A DNA stretch of 64,000 bases from Cladosporium halotolerans (lineage: Eukaryota): the NCBI RefSeq assembly GCF_011745625.1, contig NW_027191461.1, positions 248,001 to 312,000 on the forward strand, written 5' to 3'. Positions 23,964-36,265 of the stretch are shown here, one piece after another (within the stretch, counting starts at the first letter, position 1; every line of letters begins with the position of its first letter). Both the position numbers and the translations under genes were made by a program. The notes below the pieces were generated by a model. The model did not search any database and had not been told where the DNA came from. It was given only the letters and a program-made list of their open reading frames with translations.

Positions 23964-24802
23964 ATGTCAACACTCTATCAATATCACAATGCACCTGAAG
24001 TAGCGCCCGCACATGGCCTCGAGTACGATGACACGAAATACTCCTCCTCGTCGGACAAGTATCCGGTGATACACTCAAGGCCTTTCGATCCAATCCCGGC
24101 CAGTAAAGTCCCGTACAACAGGAATCGACCACCCCGCATCATCTTCGGCATGAAGGTTCGCACATTCTTCATCGTCGCTGCGGTGATCGTATGCATTCTT
24201 GTTGGTGCTGCGGTTGGTGGCGCTGTCGGTGGTAGGAGTATGCGCGAGAATCACGCGGAAAAGAACGTCTGGCCAGCCAACGGGGAGGATGGCAACTCTA
24301 CTGAGGCAAGGTGAGACTGCAGTCTAATCTTTATCGCTGTGTGATACCAGGCTGAAATGTCTTTCGCAGCTCTCCGCCCTCTCAAACTCTCTCAGCGTCT
24401 CCATCAGTATACTCCGCGCCTGTACCTACATACACCCCATTGAGTTCATGTCCGGACGCGAACAACACCGAATACACTTCTGCCTTTGCCGACGGCCGTG
24501 ACGGCTCCGTGCCTGCCACGGCCGGTCTCAATTTTACGAAGTACTGCGACGTCGAATCGCCCCTCAGCATTCTACCAGACGCATCGACGCTCTCCGAGGT
24601 TTTCGTATACAGCTTCGATGACTGCGTCGAAGTCTGCGCGTCGTTGAACTTCTGGGGCGGTGATCGCAATTGCAGCGTGGCTGTATACGATGCGAAGGGG
24701 AGCAGGCCTGGCAATTGTTGGGTAGGGAGCGTGGACGGATTGGAGATTGGGAATTTGGGCGAGAAGGACGGCATGGGGATGGCGGTTCTTCGAGAAGACT
24801 GA
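23964..24802 (+). CDS. Type II single-pass membrane protein with Cys-rich (apple/PAN-like) extracellular C-terminus; exons 23964-24310 and 24370-24802
   Basis: APEV motif, TM FFIVAAVIVCILVGAAVGGAVGG. A GTGAGA...CTGAA...CAG intron joins in frame to an S/T stalk and SFDDCVEVCASLN...CSVAVY...NCW. Confidence 0.82.
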
Positions 24803-25529
24803 CAGAATGAGTTGGTTCATGTATCCATCCCTTCTTTCGATAGTGTGCTGGGCTGCAAAGGAGAAAATCGTCCCGCATACATAGATCGCACGACAGCGGT
24901 TGCCCTTGGGTTGGGCTATGGCACCGGCATTGAGTATGGTTGTATTTTTATCGGCAATATCCTTTTTTTTATTTGAATCTCACAGCGCTGACCTCGATTT
25001 GAGGTCCGGTCTATGCTTAGGCTGTTGTCAAAACATATTTGTTACCGCGTTTGCAGTGAGCAAAATGATTGGCGTTACCTGATTCTAGTATTGATCAGGA
25101 TTCTCCTCCAGCCCATCTACAATAGCGGATCCGTGCTTGATATGAAATAGCATAGGTACTTTAATATGTACCTAGACATCATCAATCACTATAAACAATA
25201 ATGGACATGGTACATGTGGCGAGAGAGCGTGATGTCCTGATGGGACAAAGGCGCCGGTGAAAAGTAAGGGTTGATGGGGTTAGGGTTGGGGTATCCGTAT
25301 CGATGAAGCTTGCTGATGGTAATGCACAAAAATGCTTTTTTTTTTTTTGGTCAAACCAATGGCCTAGAATGGGTCCTGTTTACAATGGTTCCATTATCAG
25401 GCGCTTTACGGGCGCGCCTTCAAACACTGTATCAACTTTGCCTTTAGCATCGCGAAGGCATGAGGAGAACGCATACCAACAGCAAGATGTTCATGACCAC
25501 CAGCATCTCAGCGCCTCAAAACGGTCAAT

Positions 25530-25608
25530 ATAGTAGAGCAACTCTCATTTGATGCACTCAATGGCATGATAGCAGAGCAACTCTCATTTGATGCACTCAA
25601 TGGCATGA
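25530..25608. repeat. 39-bp tandem direct duplication (2 copies, 1 mismatch)
   Basis: tagYagagcaactctcatttgatgcactcaatggcatga x2, copies starting at 25531 and 25570. Confidence 0.95.
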
Positions 25609-25947
25609 CCGGCCGTAACCAGCGAATAAAGACGTTCATCAGAATGCCAGAAAGATGGGGGGCCTACGGGATCCTCGTCTCATCACTCTATAGCTCGAAG
25701 CGGACAAGGGTGACTAGAGGGCAAAAATAAACATGGCCATCTAACATCAAATTAGGCCACTTCATCGGAGAGAAAAATAACATGTACGTGGAGAGAAGAG
25801 TCGGCTTTAGTAGACTCACAGTTGATAGCGCGAGTTCTCCCCGCAGATCGAAGTCTGGGGACGATTTTCTTCTGCATTCGTCTCATAATGTGTCAAGCTC
25901 TATAATGTTTGCAAACGATACAAACTCATCCGATCAACGATCAATTC

Positions 25948-26049
25948 GGTCGGTTGGCTCAATGGTAGAGCGTCCGCCTCCTATCAAGGCCTCTGGAGGC
26001 CATTTGAGGATAGAGCGGAAGGTTGTGGGTTCGAGTCCCATGCTGATCG
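25948..26049 (+). tRNA. tRNA-Arg(CCT) with 30-nt intron (25984-26013)
   Basis: Cloverleaf: acceptor GGTCGGT/GCTGATC, D arm GCTC-AATGGTA-GAGC, anticodon stem TCCGC/GCGGA with CCT at 25980-25982, T arm GTGGG-TTCGAGT-CCCAT, followed by a T6 Pol III terminator. Confidence 0.92.
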
Positions 26050-27979
26050 TTTTTTGCCTTTTGCGGGCCCAGTATGGCCCAATAAATAGGAATTTTTGGT
26101 CAGAAATGTCGAATGGACCTAGACGAAGCGTTAGGACATATCGAGGGATGTATGCGACTCATGGTTGCTGAGATATGACAACATGAATCCGACGCGACCG
26201 AATGTGAGGTGTGAATTTTGGGGGATGCGGACTCTGGGCTTTGAGACGGTCCTGCCATTGCCCGACCAAACATTGGGTTCATCTACTAAGCATACTGTGT
26301 CTACGTTCTACTGACCCCCGCAGCGAGCTACCGAACACTGTACCACCACACGTCCAGACGCAAACGTAAAGCACTGCTCTGGGATGAAGGTCCCCGAAAG
26401 CAGACCCCTTGATGGAGCTTGTGATGGTATCGTAGTCTGCAGCTTCCAGGCGGTCAAACGAAGAGGAGATGCAGCTGAACTCCCATTTGAAAGGCGGTGA
26501 GGCTATACAAGTATCTTCACCAAGTCTGGCCGCGTCAGTTCCTCGTCCTTTCCTACGGCTCTCCGTTAAGAGCAGGTAGACTTATGAGCCTGGAAATCAA
26601 AGCCGAACATCCTCATTGTACGTTCCAGTATTAGAACTCATCATCGTATAATTATTGGTCTTGCCATTAATCAACATTGAATTTCGTACGCAACTCGCTG
26701 ATCTACCTGGTTCAAAACTTTGGAGGCTATGATGAAGAGGTATATCGGTGGGAACATGACACCAATAGCTCGTCTTTGTCGCACGAGAAGCTATGATGAA
26801 GCTAGCCCCATCGGGTTGAGACTGGAAATGTCACATCATAATTGGTGTCTTTTCTACGGCTGTCTGAGTGTAAAAATAGAAGCTCTCAACAAGACCGTCG
26901 ATTCTGGTATTCTCACTGAGTTTACAGACTACGTTTATAGGCATGGATGCAGTTTCCCGCTACCGTTGATATCCATTTCGTCCACGTCGAAAAGTTCCCT
27001 GAGCTCTTCGCGGAGCGGTTTGACACGGCCTCATCGCCGGAATTGTGGATCCCAAGCTCCTCTGACACGCTGCAGCCCAACGAAGATTAACGCAAGGAGG
27101 ATTATCTGACCCTCCGCAGGGAGTTTCATCAGGCTTCTTGTGACTTTGGCCTCAGATTCCGCGAGTTTTGAGGCCGGAATGCCTGGGGTAGCACCGTGAC
27201 TAACTGATGGGTCTGTCATGGAGATGCGCTGGGGCTTTCCGGAAACTTGGCGGCGTAGTCATGATATATCACTAACTCACATCAACACATGTTCATGTCA
27301 ACCAAAAGGGCTTGAGAGGAGTATGCTGTGTAACATTAGTACATTATTGAGGAAAGCAACAAATCTGCATTTATTTGAAGTCACGCTCCCGAACCATAGC
27401 CCTCAGGAAGCTCGATTTTCAGTGTCGAGACATCGTTACGCTGCGTGTTCTAGAACTTCGAGGACATGTGGAATTTCTAGGGTACATAAGCCATAAATAA
27501 TTCTAGCCTGTCGGCTACGCCTTCGGTACACGAAGAAGCTAGCGAAAAGAGACAGGCGGGAGTGGGCGGAACACCACGCGGTTCACAAGTCGAAGCATAC
27601 ACCCTCGACGGCTGTGCTTCGGGCATTCCAAGCAGATAAGACACATGCATAGATAGTATGAGGCTGCCGGATAACGGCCAGAGCAAAAGGAACTGTCGGG
27701 CCGGTTCAAAGAAGAAAACAAGCTTGTGTTTAATAAGGTAGCTTTGCTTCCTCGTCGCATCCTTGCGAGATCGGCGAGCCAACGTGCTGCACGCATGGCA
27801 GGTGGTGACGTCGGCGCGTTGGCTCTAGCTCGAAGCACCATCAAACCATCTGATATCCCATCCGAACCTCCCGCACCAACACGCCATCTCGACGGAGAGA
27901 CTTCTGCTGGCACGTTCTTTATTTACGGATTTGCTCTTTCCTTTGAACCAGCATCCAATGCACTGATTGGGCCGCGAAG

Positions 27980-30119
27980 ATGCTCCCACTGCCGCGGGCC
28001 ATTGCTGGCCAGACGCGCGCCAACCTGGCTTCACAATTCAGGCAGGCCGCGAAACCTGCGCGCAATGTCTTCCAGCAGTCTCGTCCGTCAATCCAATCGC
28101 GACCACTGAGCAATGCTCTTCCCAAGACCTTCCCGACTGCATTGCGACGCAGCCTCCAAACGCCCGGCACCCGCCTGGTGCAGGTCCGACATGCCTCTGA
28201 GCTGCCTAAGCAGCTCCCGGAAAGATCGAGGGTAGTAAGATATGCATACAAGGCATTGGCATCATTGGGCTTCTTCATTGTCATGAGCGGCACACTTGTC
28301 ATTGGATTCTTCATCTACGACGCCTACACCTATGAGAGCGAGCCCGAAGCTTTCGACATTTCGGTCTCCGAATACGCTTTGAACCCTCGTCGCGGCGGGC
28401 CCAAGAATCTGCCAATCGCCGAGTACTACATCGATGATGACGATACGCCTGCCATGAAAGAGCAGAAGCACAAGCCGAAGCTAGTTATTCTGGGAACAGG
28501 TTGGGGCAGCGTTGCGCTCCTCAAGTACCTATACGCTGGAGAATACCATGTGACAGTCGTCAGCCCCGAAAACCACTTCCTCTTCACGCCTATGCTTCCT
28601 TCGGCTACTGTGGGAACACTTGAACTGCGCTCATTGGTAGAGCCAGTGCGACGCATCGTACAAAGAATCAACGGACACTTCATCAAAGCATCTGCAGAGG
28701 ATGTTGACTTCAGCGAAAAGCTGGTCGAGATCTCTTCGACTGGTGCTAACGGCGAAAAGGAACACTTCTACCTGCCTTACGACAAGCTAGTCATTGGCGT
28801 TGGCGCGACTACGAACCCGCACGGTGTAAAAGGTCTCGAGAACTGCCATTTCCTCAAAGGAATTGGCGACGCGCGCAAGATCAGAAACGCTGTCATCCAC
28901 AATCTCGAACTAGCATGCTTGCCCACGACCACGGACGCTGAAAGGAGAAGACTGCTTTCATTCGTCGTTTCTGGTGGCGGACCTACTGGAGTTGAATTTG
29001 CGGCTGAGCTGTACGACATGCTCAACGAAGACTTGTGCAGACACTACCCTCGCATGCTTCGCAACGAAATCTCCGTGCATGTTATTCAGTCCCGCGGCCA
29101 CATCTTGAACACCTACGATGAAGCACTCAGCCGTTTCGCCGAAGCACGCTTTGCCCACGACAACGTCGACGTCCAGACCAACTCTCGTGTCAAGGAAGTT
29201 TTGCCGGACCGCATCGTGTTTACCCAGAAGGATGCCGATGGCAACACCGTCACCAAAGAGCTCCCCATGGGCTTCTGCCTTTGGTCTACCGGTGTGTCCC
29301 AGACTGAGTTCTCCAAGCGCATTGCCGATAAGCTCGGCGATCACCAGACCAACAAGCACGCCCTCGAGACAGACACCCACCTCCGCCTTACTGGTGCTCC
29401 GCTTGGCGATGTCTACGCCATCGGAGACTGCTCTACCGTCCAAAACAATGTTTCTGACCACATCATCACCTTCCTCCGTACCCTCGCGTGGGAGAAGGGC
29501 AAGGATCCCCAGACCATGCAAATCACCTATTCTGACTGGAGACACGTCGCAAAGCGTGTCCGCTCCCGATTCCCTCAAGCTGCCGATCACCTGCGCCGCC
29601 TCGACAAGCTTTTCGAAGCCTACGACAAGGACAAGAGCGGTACCCTTGACTTTGGCGAATTGTCGGAGCTTCTCAAGCAAATCGATAGCAAGCTGACTTC
29701 CCTACCCGCCACCGCACAGCGTGCCAACCAGCAGGGCGTCTACATGGGGCGCAAACTGAACAAGCTCGCCCAAGCAGCTCCTGGCCTGGCCATGAACGAC
29801 ATCTCGGATGGCGACATCGACGCTTCCGTCTACAAGGCTTTCGAGTACACACACATGGGCTCCCTGGCATACATCGGCAACGCTGCGATCTTCGACTTCA
29901 ACGGCTTGAACTTCGGCGGAGGCCTGCTCGCCGTGTACTTGTGGCGCGGCGTGTACTTTGCGCAGAGCGTGAGTCTCAGGACCAGAGTTCTGCTGGCTAT
30001 GGATTGGGGCAAGAGGACGCTATTCGGCAGAGGTGAGATTTTCTTTTCTGAATTTGGTCAGATCATTGTCTTGAGAAGAGTTGACTAACATTGATATTGC
30101 AGATATGATGAACTTCTAG
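27980..30119 (+). CDS. NDE1: External alternative (type II) mitochondrial NAD(P)H dehydrogenase with EF-hand; intron 30033-30102
   Basis: LVILGTGWG and VSGGGPTGVEFAAE dinucleotide motifs, EF-hand DKDKSGTLDFGE, LPATAQRANQQG; the spliced end is ...LFGRDMMNF*; Arg-rich presequence. Confidence 0.92.
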
Positions 30120-30497
30120 ATCTAGACCCGATTAGACTTGACGACACGATGTCGTCCTGTGTGCATATTTGCGTTTTCCAATTGTACAATTTCGATTCAA
30201 TAGCGAATAAAGCGAGGGTTCAATTGATCATCCTTCAAGACATCCGTGGTACTCCGCGAAGACTAAATGTATTAATGAGATCAAGTGACGGCTTGCGTTC
30301 GATGTGGACAGCATTGGACTATATGTTCGTTGTTGGTACATTTCCTACATGTTGGTATATCGATACAGTCACCACCGGGCTACTATCGTACAGTAAACTG
30401 GCGTTCGAAAAACGTTAAGCTGGCTGGAAAGCGAGAAGAGGTGCCGGCGGGCAGACGGTGCGAAATGGGCCCGAAGCTGATGGGAGAGTGCGATTGC

Positions 30498-33401
30498 TCA
30501 ATCCTTGCACTGACGGTCCTGAGCGCCCTCGTCCCGTGCAGTAGTGTCAGGGGACACCTCTTGAGTTGAAGCGGGCCTCTGGCCGTCGGGCAGGTCGACG
30601 TCAAGTATAGAGTACGTGCCCAGGTCAAGAGGGTCCTGCTCTGGGCTTGTCGCCTTCGAGGATCTCGAGGTTTTCTCAGCAATGGGGATGGCTGGCTCAG
30701 CATCCGCGACTGTAGGCTCCGATTCGCCGAGCTGCTCTAACGTGTTGCCGTGCACGGCGCTTTGACCGGCTTTTTCTCCTTCCTCGTGCGCGGTTCCAAG
30801 AGACAAATCCTCAGGCTCAACAGAGCCCTGGCTTTCGCCTTTTGTTTGACGAGCGCGCCAGTTGGCGAAAGAAGAGGAAGCAGCCTCTTGCTTTTGAGGC
30901 TCTAACTCCTGTTCGGCTTCGATCTCGGCATCCAATTGATCCGGCTCGCCAAAGCCGAATTCATCCTCGCCGCTGAAGCGGTCTCCGCCAGACGTCAGCG
31001 TAGTCTGCTCGAAAAGTGGATCACGGTCCGGTTCATTGAAGTCCCGAGATCCATAATACTCTTCATCCCCGTTCTCAGCAAGATCATCCGACTCTTCAGA
31101 GGCCACCCGCAAGTCTTCTCCAGTATTCGCATCTACGGTCGGTGAGCCATTTGCACCGAGCTTGATGTTTTCCATGTCTTTGAGAAGGTCCTTTTCTCTC
31201 TTCGCAGCAATCTTGCGGCGCTGCGCCTCAGTGAAAGAAAACTGACCAAGCACTTGCTCGATCTTCTCCTCGACCATAGTCTTGACATGGAAAGCCAGGG
31301 CACGGGTGGTGAAGAGACCAGCAAATCTGTAGCTGAGCCACAGATATGTCACGATGCCTTTGTGTAATCTCTCGAGTTCGCGTAAATACTCCCTGCTCGG
31401 TTCGACATCAGCGTCCAACACTTCCAAAGGTAGCTGTGGAATGTCAACTAGACTGCCGCCAGTCTGCTCGGCAATAACACGAGCGTATGCGGGCATGAGA
31501 TCTTTCCATAAATCAGCATCGCCTTGACCTGCGGGCGCCGCGCAAATCATGTTGCGATCGGAAATCGTAAGGCCTTGTACCGGCTCGATTAGGTCTGCAA
31601 CCCAAATTTGATCTTTCAGGCCACAAAGGTGGAAGCGCTTGTGCATAAGACTCAACTCGTGGAGTCGCGTCATGATGTACGAGAAAGGCGTGGCGGGTGG
31701 GAAGTACGAGCTAAAGCGCTCCAAGACCGATGATGGAGGGAAAATGCCGGCAGTGCGTATTGGCTCAGGCTCGGTTGCCATTGCGGCACGCACGACAGGG
31801 AAATCGAACTTCTCGAGGGTGGTGACCAAACCCACATTGTCCGGAACTTCGACTTTGCTAGGATCCTCGCCCTTGGCAGCCGATAGAGATTGAGAGGCCG
31901 CGGTTTGTTCGGTGGCTTGCGCGGCAGTGCGGTAGCGCCCTGCACGACCCGCAATCTGTTTGATGTCTGCGATCGGGAGCGCACGGCGTGCTGCGCCGTC
32001 GAACTTGCTGCTGGACTCGAAAATGATGCGCTTGATTGCTAGGTTGAGGCCCATGCCGACAGCGTCACTGGCAACCAAGAAGTCATAATCGTTGTCGGGG
32101 TCGTTGAAGAGCCTCGCCTGCTGCGCTCGAGTCTCAGGCGGTAGGCTGCCGTAGACCGTGGCAACTTTACGGCCAGTAGCGCGTTCAATTTGCCTTCTTA
32201 GAGCATGAATGCCCATGACGGAGAAGCTGACAACGCAGTCGCCTTTCCGTAGATCTCCCATCTTCCCATTGAGCGACTCGTCTGCGATCTTCAATGGAGA
32301 GAGGCGCTTGTAGCGGTGAATCTCGAGCTTGTCACCAATGGACGCGCACAACTCTTTGATAAGGGGAACAGTACGATCCTCGCCGCAAAGATGGACCTCT
32401 TTGGCCCGTACGCCCAGCAGTGCTTGTGTCCATGCCCAACCCCTCTCGGCGTTCCCAATCATCTGGATTTCGTCGATGACAGCAATATCAAGAGGAGTAT
32501 TCAACGGCACCATCTCGACAGTGCAGCTCGTCAGGAATGATTGTTGCTCGCCATCTACATCAGGCAATCGCCGTTCCTCACCAGTGACCAGCGCGCAGTT
32601 CTTGCCCTTCGCCTTCATCCGAGTGTAGACTTCGTGGGCGAGAAGCCTCAAAGGTCCCGCGTAGACTCCTGCTTCTGCCTGCTCAAGGCGTTGCAGCGCA
32701 TGATAAGTCTTTCCCGAATTCGTCGGTCCGACGTGCAGATGAACTGTTCTGTGCATCGTTCTTGTAGCCGGGAACCATTCCGTTGGATATCGCAGATCTG
32801 CGAGTCCTCTCTGGTTCTTGACGTCGCTCTCCGTGAATCGTTCTCCCGTGACTTGTGCGTAGAATGCGTACTTGATCCTGGCATCTAAACCACGTTGACC
32901 GCTCTTGACCCATGTCTGCTTGAGGTCAGCCGCGACCTGCGCAGGCTCCTTTTCAGCAGGGTTGTCGGCGCCAAAGAAAGGCTTCGCCGCGGGCTTACTA
33001 TCCAAGTCCTTCAGAAATGATTGCCAGAGAGCATTGAAACCTTTGACCTTGCGTCCATCCTCACGCTGCTCTTTTGTGTAGTGCTCGACAATAGGGGAAT
33101 CTCTCAATTCGGGTTCCAGGGCTTTCAATCGCGCTTTGAGAATTTCCGTATAGTCGCCCTTGACTTTGCCGTTGCCTCGTGGATTGAACGCCTTTCGCAT
33201 GCGCTTGTCTTTAAGGGAAGCTCCACTGACTCGCTGACCGCCAGCAAATCGGGAGTCGATAGAATCAGAGTCTCGCTTTGACCGTCGGCTTGAACTAGAG
33301 GAGGCCGTTCTAAGTCGAATTTGTTGCAGGTTTAACCGCTGCGAGCGGATCGCGCAGTGGATGCATCTGCTTGCTGCATCGTTGCGAGCAAGCGAGAGCA
33401 T
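30498..33401 (-). CDS. SUV3: Mitochondrial ATP-dependent RNA helicase Suv3
   Basis: HVGPTNSGKT, YAGPLRLLA, IDEIQMI..ERGWAWT, VYGSLPPETR, KQIAGRAGR. Likely start is MLSLARN at 33401. Confidence 0.95.
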   Translation of the reverse strand: MLSLARNDAASRCIHCAIRSQRLNLQQIRLRTASSSSSRRSKRDSDSIDSRFAGGQRVSGASLKDKRMRKAFNPRGNGKVKGDYTEILKARLKALEPELRDSPIVEHYTKEQREDGRKVKGFNALWQSFLKDLDSKPAAKPFFGADNPAEKEPAQVAADLKQTWVKSGQRGLDARIKYAFYAQVTGERFTESDVKNQRGLADLRYPTEWFPATRTMHRTVHLHVGPTNSGKTYHALQRLEQAEAGVYAGPLRLLAHEVYTRMKAKGKNCALVTGEERRLPDVDGEQQSFLTSCTVEMVPLNTPLDIAVIDEIQMIGNAERGWAWTQALLGVRAKEVHLCGEDRTVPLIKELCASIGDKLEIHRYKRLSPLKIADESLNGKMGDLRKGDCVVSFSVMGIHALRRQIERATGRKVATVYGSLPPETRAQQARLFNDPDNDYDFLVASDAVGMGLNLAIKRIIFESSSKFDGAARRALPIADIKQIAGRAGRYRTAAQATEQTAASQSLSAAKGEDPSKVEVPDNVGLVTTLEKFDFPVVRAAMATEPEPIRTAGIFPPSSVLERFSSYFPPATPFSYIMTRLHELSLMHKRFHLCGLKDQIWVADLIEPVQGLTISDRNMICAAPAGQGDADLWKDLMPAYARVIAEQTGGSLVDIPQLPLEVLDADVEPSREYLRELERLHKGIVTYLWLSYRFAGLFTTRALAFHVKTMVEEKIEQVLGQFSFTEAQRRKIAAKREKDLLKDMENIKLGANGSPTVDANTGEDLRVASEESDDLAENGDEEYYGSRDFNEPDRDPLFEQTTLTSGGDRFSGEDEFGFGEPDQLDAEIEAEQELEPQKQEAASSSFANWRARQTKGESQGSVEPEDLSLGTAHEEGEKAGQSAVHGNTLEQLGESEPTVADAEPAIPIAEKTSRSSKATSPEQDPLDLGTYSILDVDLPDGQRPASTQEVSPDTTARDEGAQDRQCKD

Positions 33402-33826
33402 GCCACCGATCTGATGTATGAGACGCTGGGCCGCGCCGGTGATGGTCCAGCAAGTAGTAAGGTGTATGGGAAGCGAGTCGTCGCTGGGAATAAAGTTTCG
33501 GGGTGAATGATGCGCAGGTACTAGATTGCGAAGGCCTGCGAACTGATGCCTCAGGCCGCCCACTCTTTCCCCGAGCGAGCGGTCGCCGGTGCCCCTCTAT
33601 GACATGGCGGCGCCGTGCGCCAGGCCCGGCACATCAACATAGCTCCCCATACCTTAGCACGGTCTTTGACTTGGGACAAGGCTGCCGCCTGCGCGTTGGT
33701 TTTCTGTCACGTGCGGTCGAACAGATACCGTGCTATGCTTGTTCGCTACTCCAATCGTGCGAGCGAGTATCTTCCCGCTCACACTGCCCCCACCGCCTAG
33801 GTTCTCCCTCGACCGCTCCAGCCGCC

Positions 33827-36265
33827 ATGGTCTCCATAATAGAAGCCCAGCGAGAGAGTGAGCTCATTGCAAGCCCGTAGCCAGACAGCCGCTGACAACT
33901 CCTAGTCATCTTGAGTACCATACGCCATGTTACGCAAGGCGACGTTCGTATCACCACAGTCGTGCCGCCCCAAGCCTTTCTGACGATGTTTCGCAGTGGA
34001 AAGTGCTGGTACTCGACAGTGCATCCCGCCGTCTGATCGACAACGTAATAGAAGAGGATGCCATATTGAACGAGAACGTCACAAGTGCGTCTGCAGAATC
34101 CAAGCATGATACTCCTGGTCGGGCATAAGCGCAACAGCCTGACTGATTCCAGACATTGAGCAGATTGAGCACCGTCGGCCAAGTCAGCGCGATGTTGACG
34201 TCGTGTATATCCTCACACCGCAGGCGCATATTGTCGACTGTGTGATGGCCGATCTGCAAAAAAGGAAGTACCGGAGAACATTCCTGGTTTGGACCTCACG
34301 TAAGAGCATGTCGCATTGCAACGTCAAGGGCGTCGAAGTTGATAAACGGGAACAGTATTGGAGCCTTCACTTCGGGACCGAATCGACAAAACGCCCATTG
34401 CACGCGAACAAATAGCTCTGTTCAAGGTCTTGAATGTCGAGTTCTTCCCTCGGGAATCTCATCTGGTCACTTTCAGAGACCCCTGGAGCTTCTTTGCCCT
34501 GTTTCATCCTGCTTGCAACAATCTCGTCAAGCAACATCTTGAAGACGTGGCACAGAAGGTACATATCACTTTCCATAGCGGGTGATCGTTTCTGACTCGC
34601 AGCAGATTGTCGGCGTTTGTGTGGCACTCGGTGAATATCCAACAATCCGCTACTATAGGCCTCGGTCGCCAAACCACGAAGCAAGCATCCTTTGCTCCCA
34701 TCTCGCCAGATTTGTCCAGGATGAGCTCGACCTGTACGCAAAGTTTCACGAAGATTTCCCACCATCGACGTCGAGACCCAGGGGAATGCTATTCATCACT
34801 GATCGGACGATGGACCTGTTCGCCCCTTTTCTGCACGAGTTCACTTACCAAGCAATGGCACACGACCTGTTGCCGATCAAAGACGGGGACAAGGTTATGT
34901 TCAGGACCGCTGTCGACTCCGGACCTGGCGCCCAAGAGAAAGACATGGAGATCAAGGAGAGTGATAAAATCTGGGTTGACAACCGTCATCGTCACATGAA
35001 GGACACAATCGAAAAGTTGATGGGAGACTTTCAAAAGTTCATGGACGAGAACCCTAACTTTACCAAGCAAGGAGACTCTAATCCTGCGTCGCTCGGAGCA
35101 ATCAAAGACATGCTCGCGGGGATGCCGCAATTTCAAGAGATGAAAGCCGCCTATGCACTACATTTGAGTATGGCACAGGAGAGTATGAATCGCTTCCAAA
35201 AGTTCAAGTTGCCGGACGTGGCATCAATCGAACAGGTAAGACGCCAAAGCTGGAAAGTGAAATAGAAGTAAGACGCTAATGTCTGCCTAGATCCTCGCTA
35301 CAGGTCTCGATGAGGATTATAAGAAACCCAAGGGACTTGCAGACCAGCTGGTTCGCATGCTTGATGAGGAAGGCATCACGCCACCTGATCGTCTCCGTCT
35401 GCTGATCCTCTATATCCTCCACCGTGACGGCATATTGCCAGCGGACCTTCAAAAGCTCCTCGCGCACGCTCAATTACCCCCTACCGACGAAAATATCGTT
35501 CGCAATCTCGAAATGCTTGGCGCACGTACATCAAGAGGACTGAAAGATCCCCGTCCAGGATTCTCGCCAATGTTCCAGCCTAAACCTCCGCCCGTGACGA
35601 CGCAAGACGAATATGCGCTTTCTCGGTACGAACCTGTGCTGCAGGAAATGCTCGAAGCGGCCGCCGCAAACACACTGTCCTCTGAATTGTTCCCTTACAC
35701 GAAACCACCCCTTGACATGGGCAACGACGTGGGACAGGCGTCTGCTACCTCACTTCGAACAGCGAAGCCGACCTGGGCTCGTGGCCGCAGCAACGTCTCC
35801 ATGGAAAACAGGCAGCGTTGCATCGTGTTCTTGGCCGGCGGCGCAACTTACTCCGAAAGCCGTGCCTGCTACGATGCCGGCCGCAAAGCCGGCAAGGAGG
35901 TCTTCCTCGTCACCTCGCACATGCTCACACCATCACTGTTCGTCCGCCAAGTCGGCGACCTCAGTGCAGATAAGCGTCGCCTTGGCATTCCCGCCGAGCA
36001 GCCCAAACCGCAAGCGCCGGCCCATTTGTTCGAGCCGGACGAGCAGCCTAAGCCTCCGCCAGTGCAGCAGCAACCGCAACCTCAACAGCAGAGGCAACAC
36101 GCCGCGCCTCCTACGCAGCAGATGGGCGCCATGAACCTGGGTGGAGCAGGTGGTCGCGCACCACAGCAGCCTGTGCAAGCGAACAGCTCGGCCAAGCTGA
36201 CGAAGGAGCCCGAGAAGGAAAAGAAAAAGCATAGATTCTTCGGTAAGAAGGACAAGGATCGGTAA
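33827..36265 (+). CDS. SEC1: Sec1/Munc18 family exocytic SM protein (7 exons)
   Basis: Spliced translation MVSIIEAQRE...WKVLVLD...LGEYPTIRYY...DRTMDLFAPFLHEFTYQAMAHDLL...LSRYEP...GGATYSESR, with six canonical GT-AG introns. Confidence 0.93.

Noticed and set aside
25265..25292. Telomere-like gggttgatggggttagggttgggg
   Set aside because: Only one perfect TTAGGG unit is present, too short to call an interstitial telomere.
25530..25608. 39-bp repeat as a CRISPR-like array
   Set aside because: Two abutting copies with no spacer in a eukaryotic genome; it is a simple tandem duplication.
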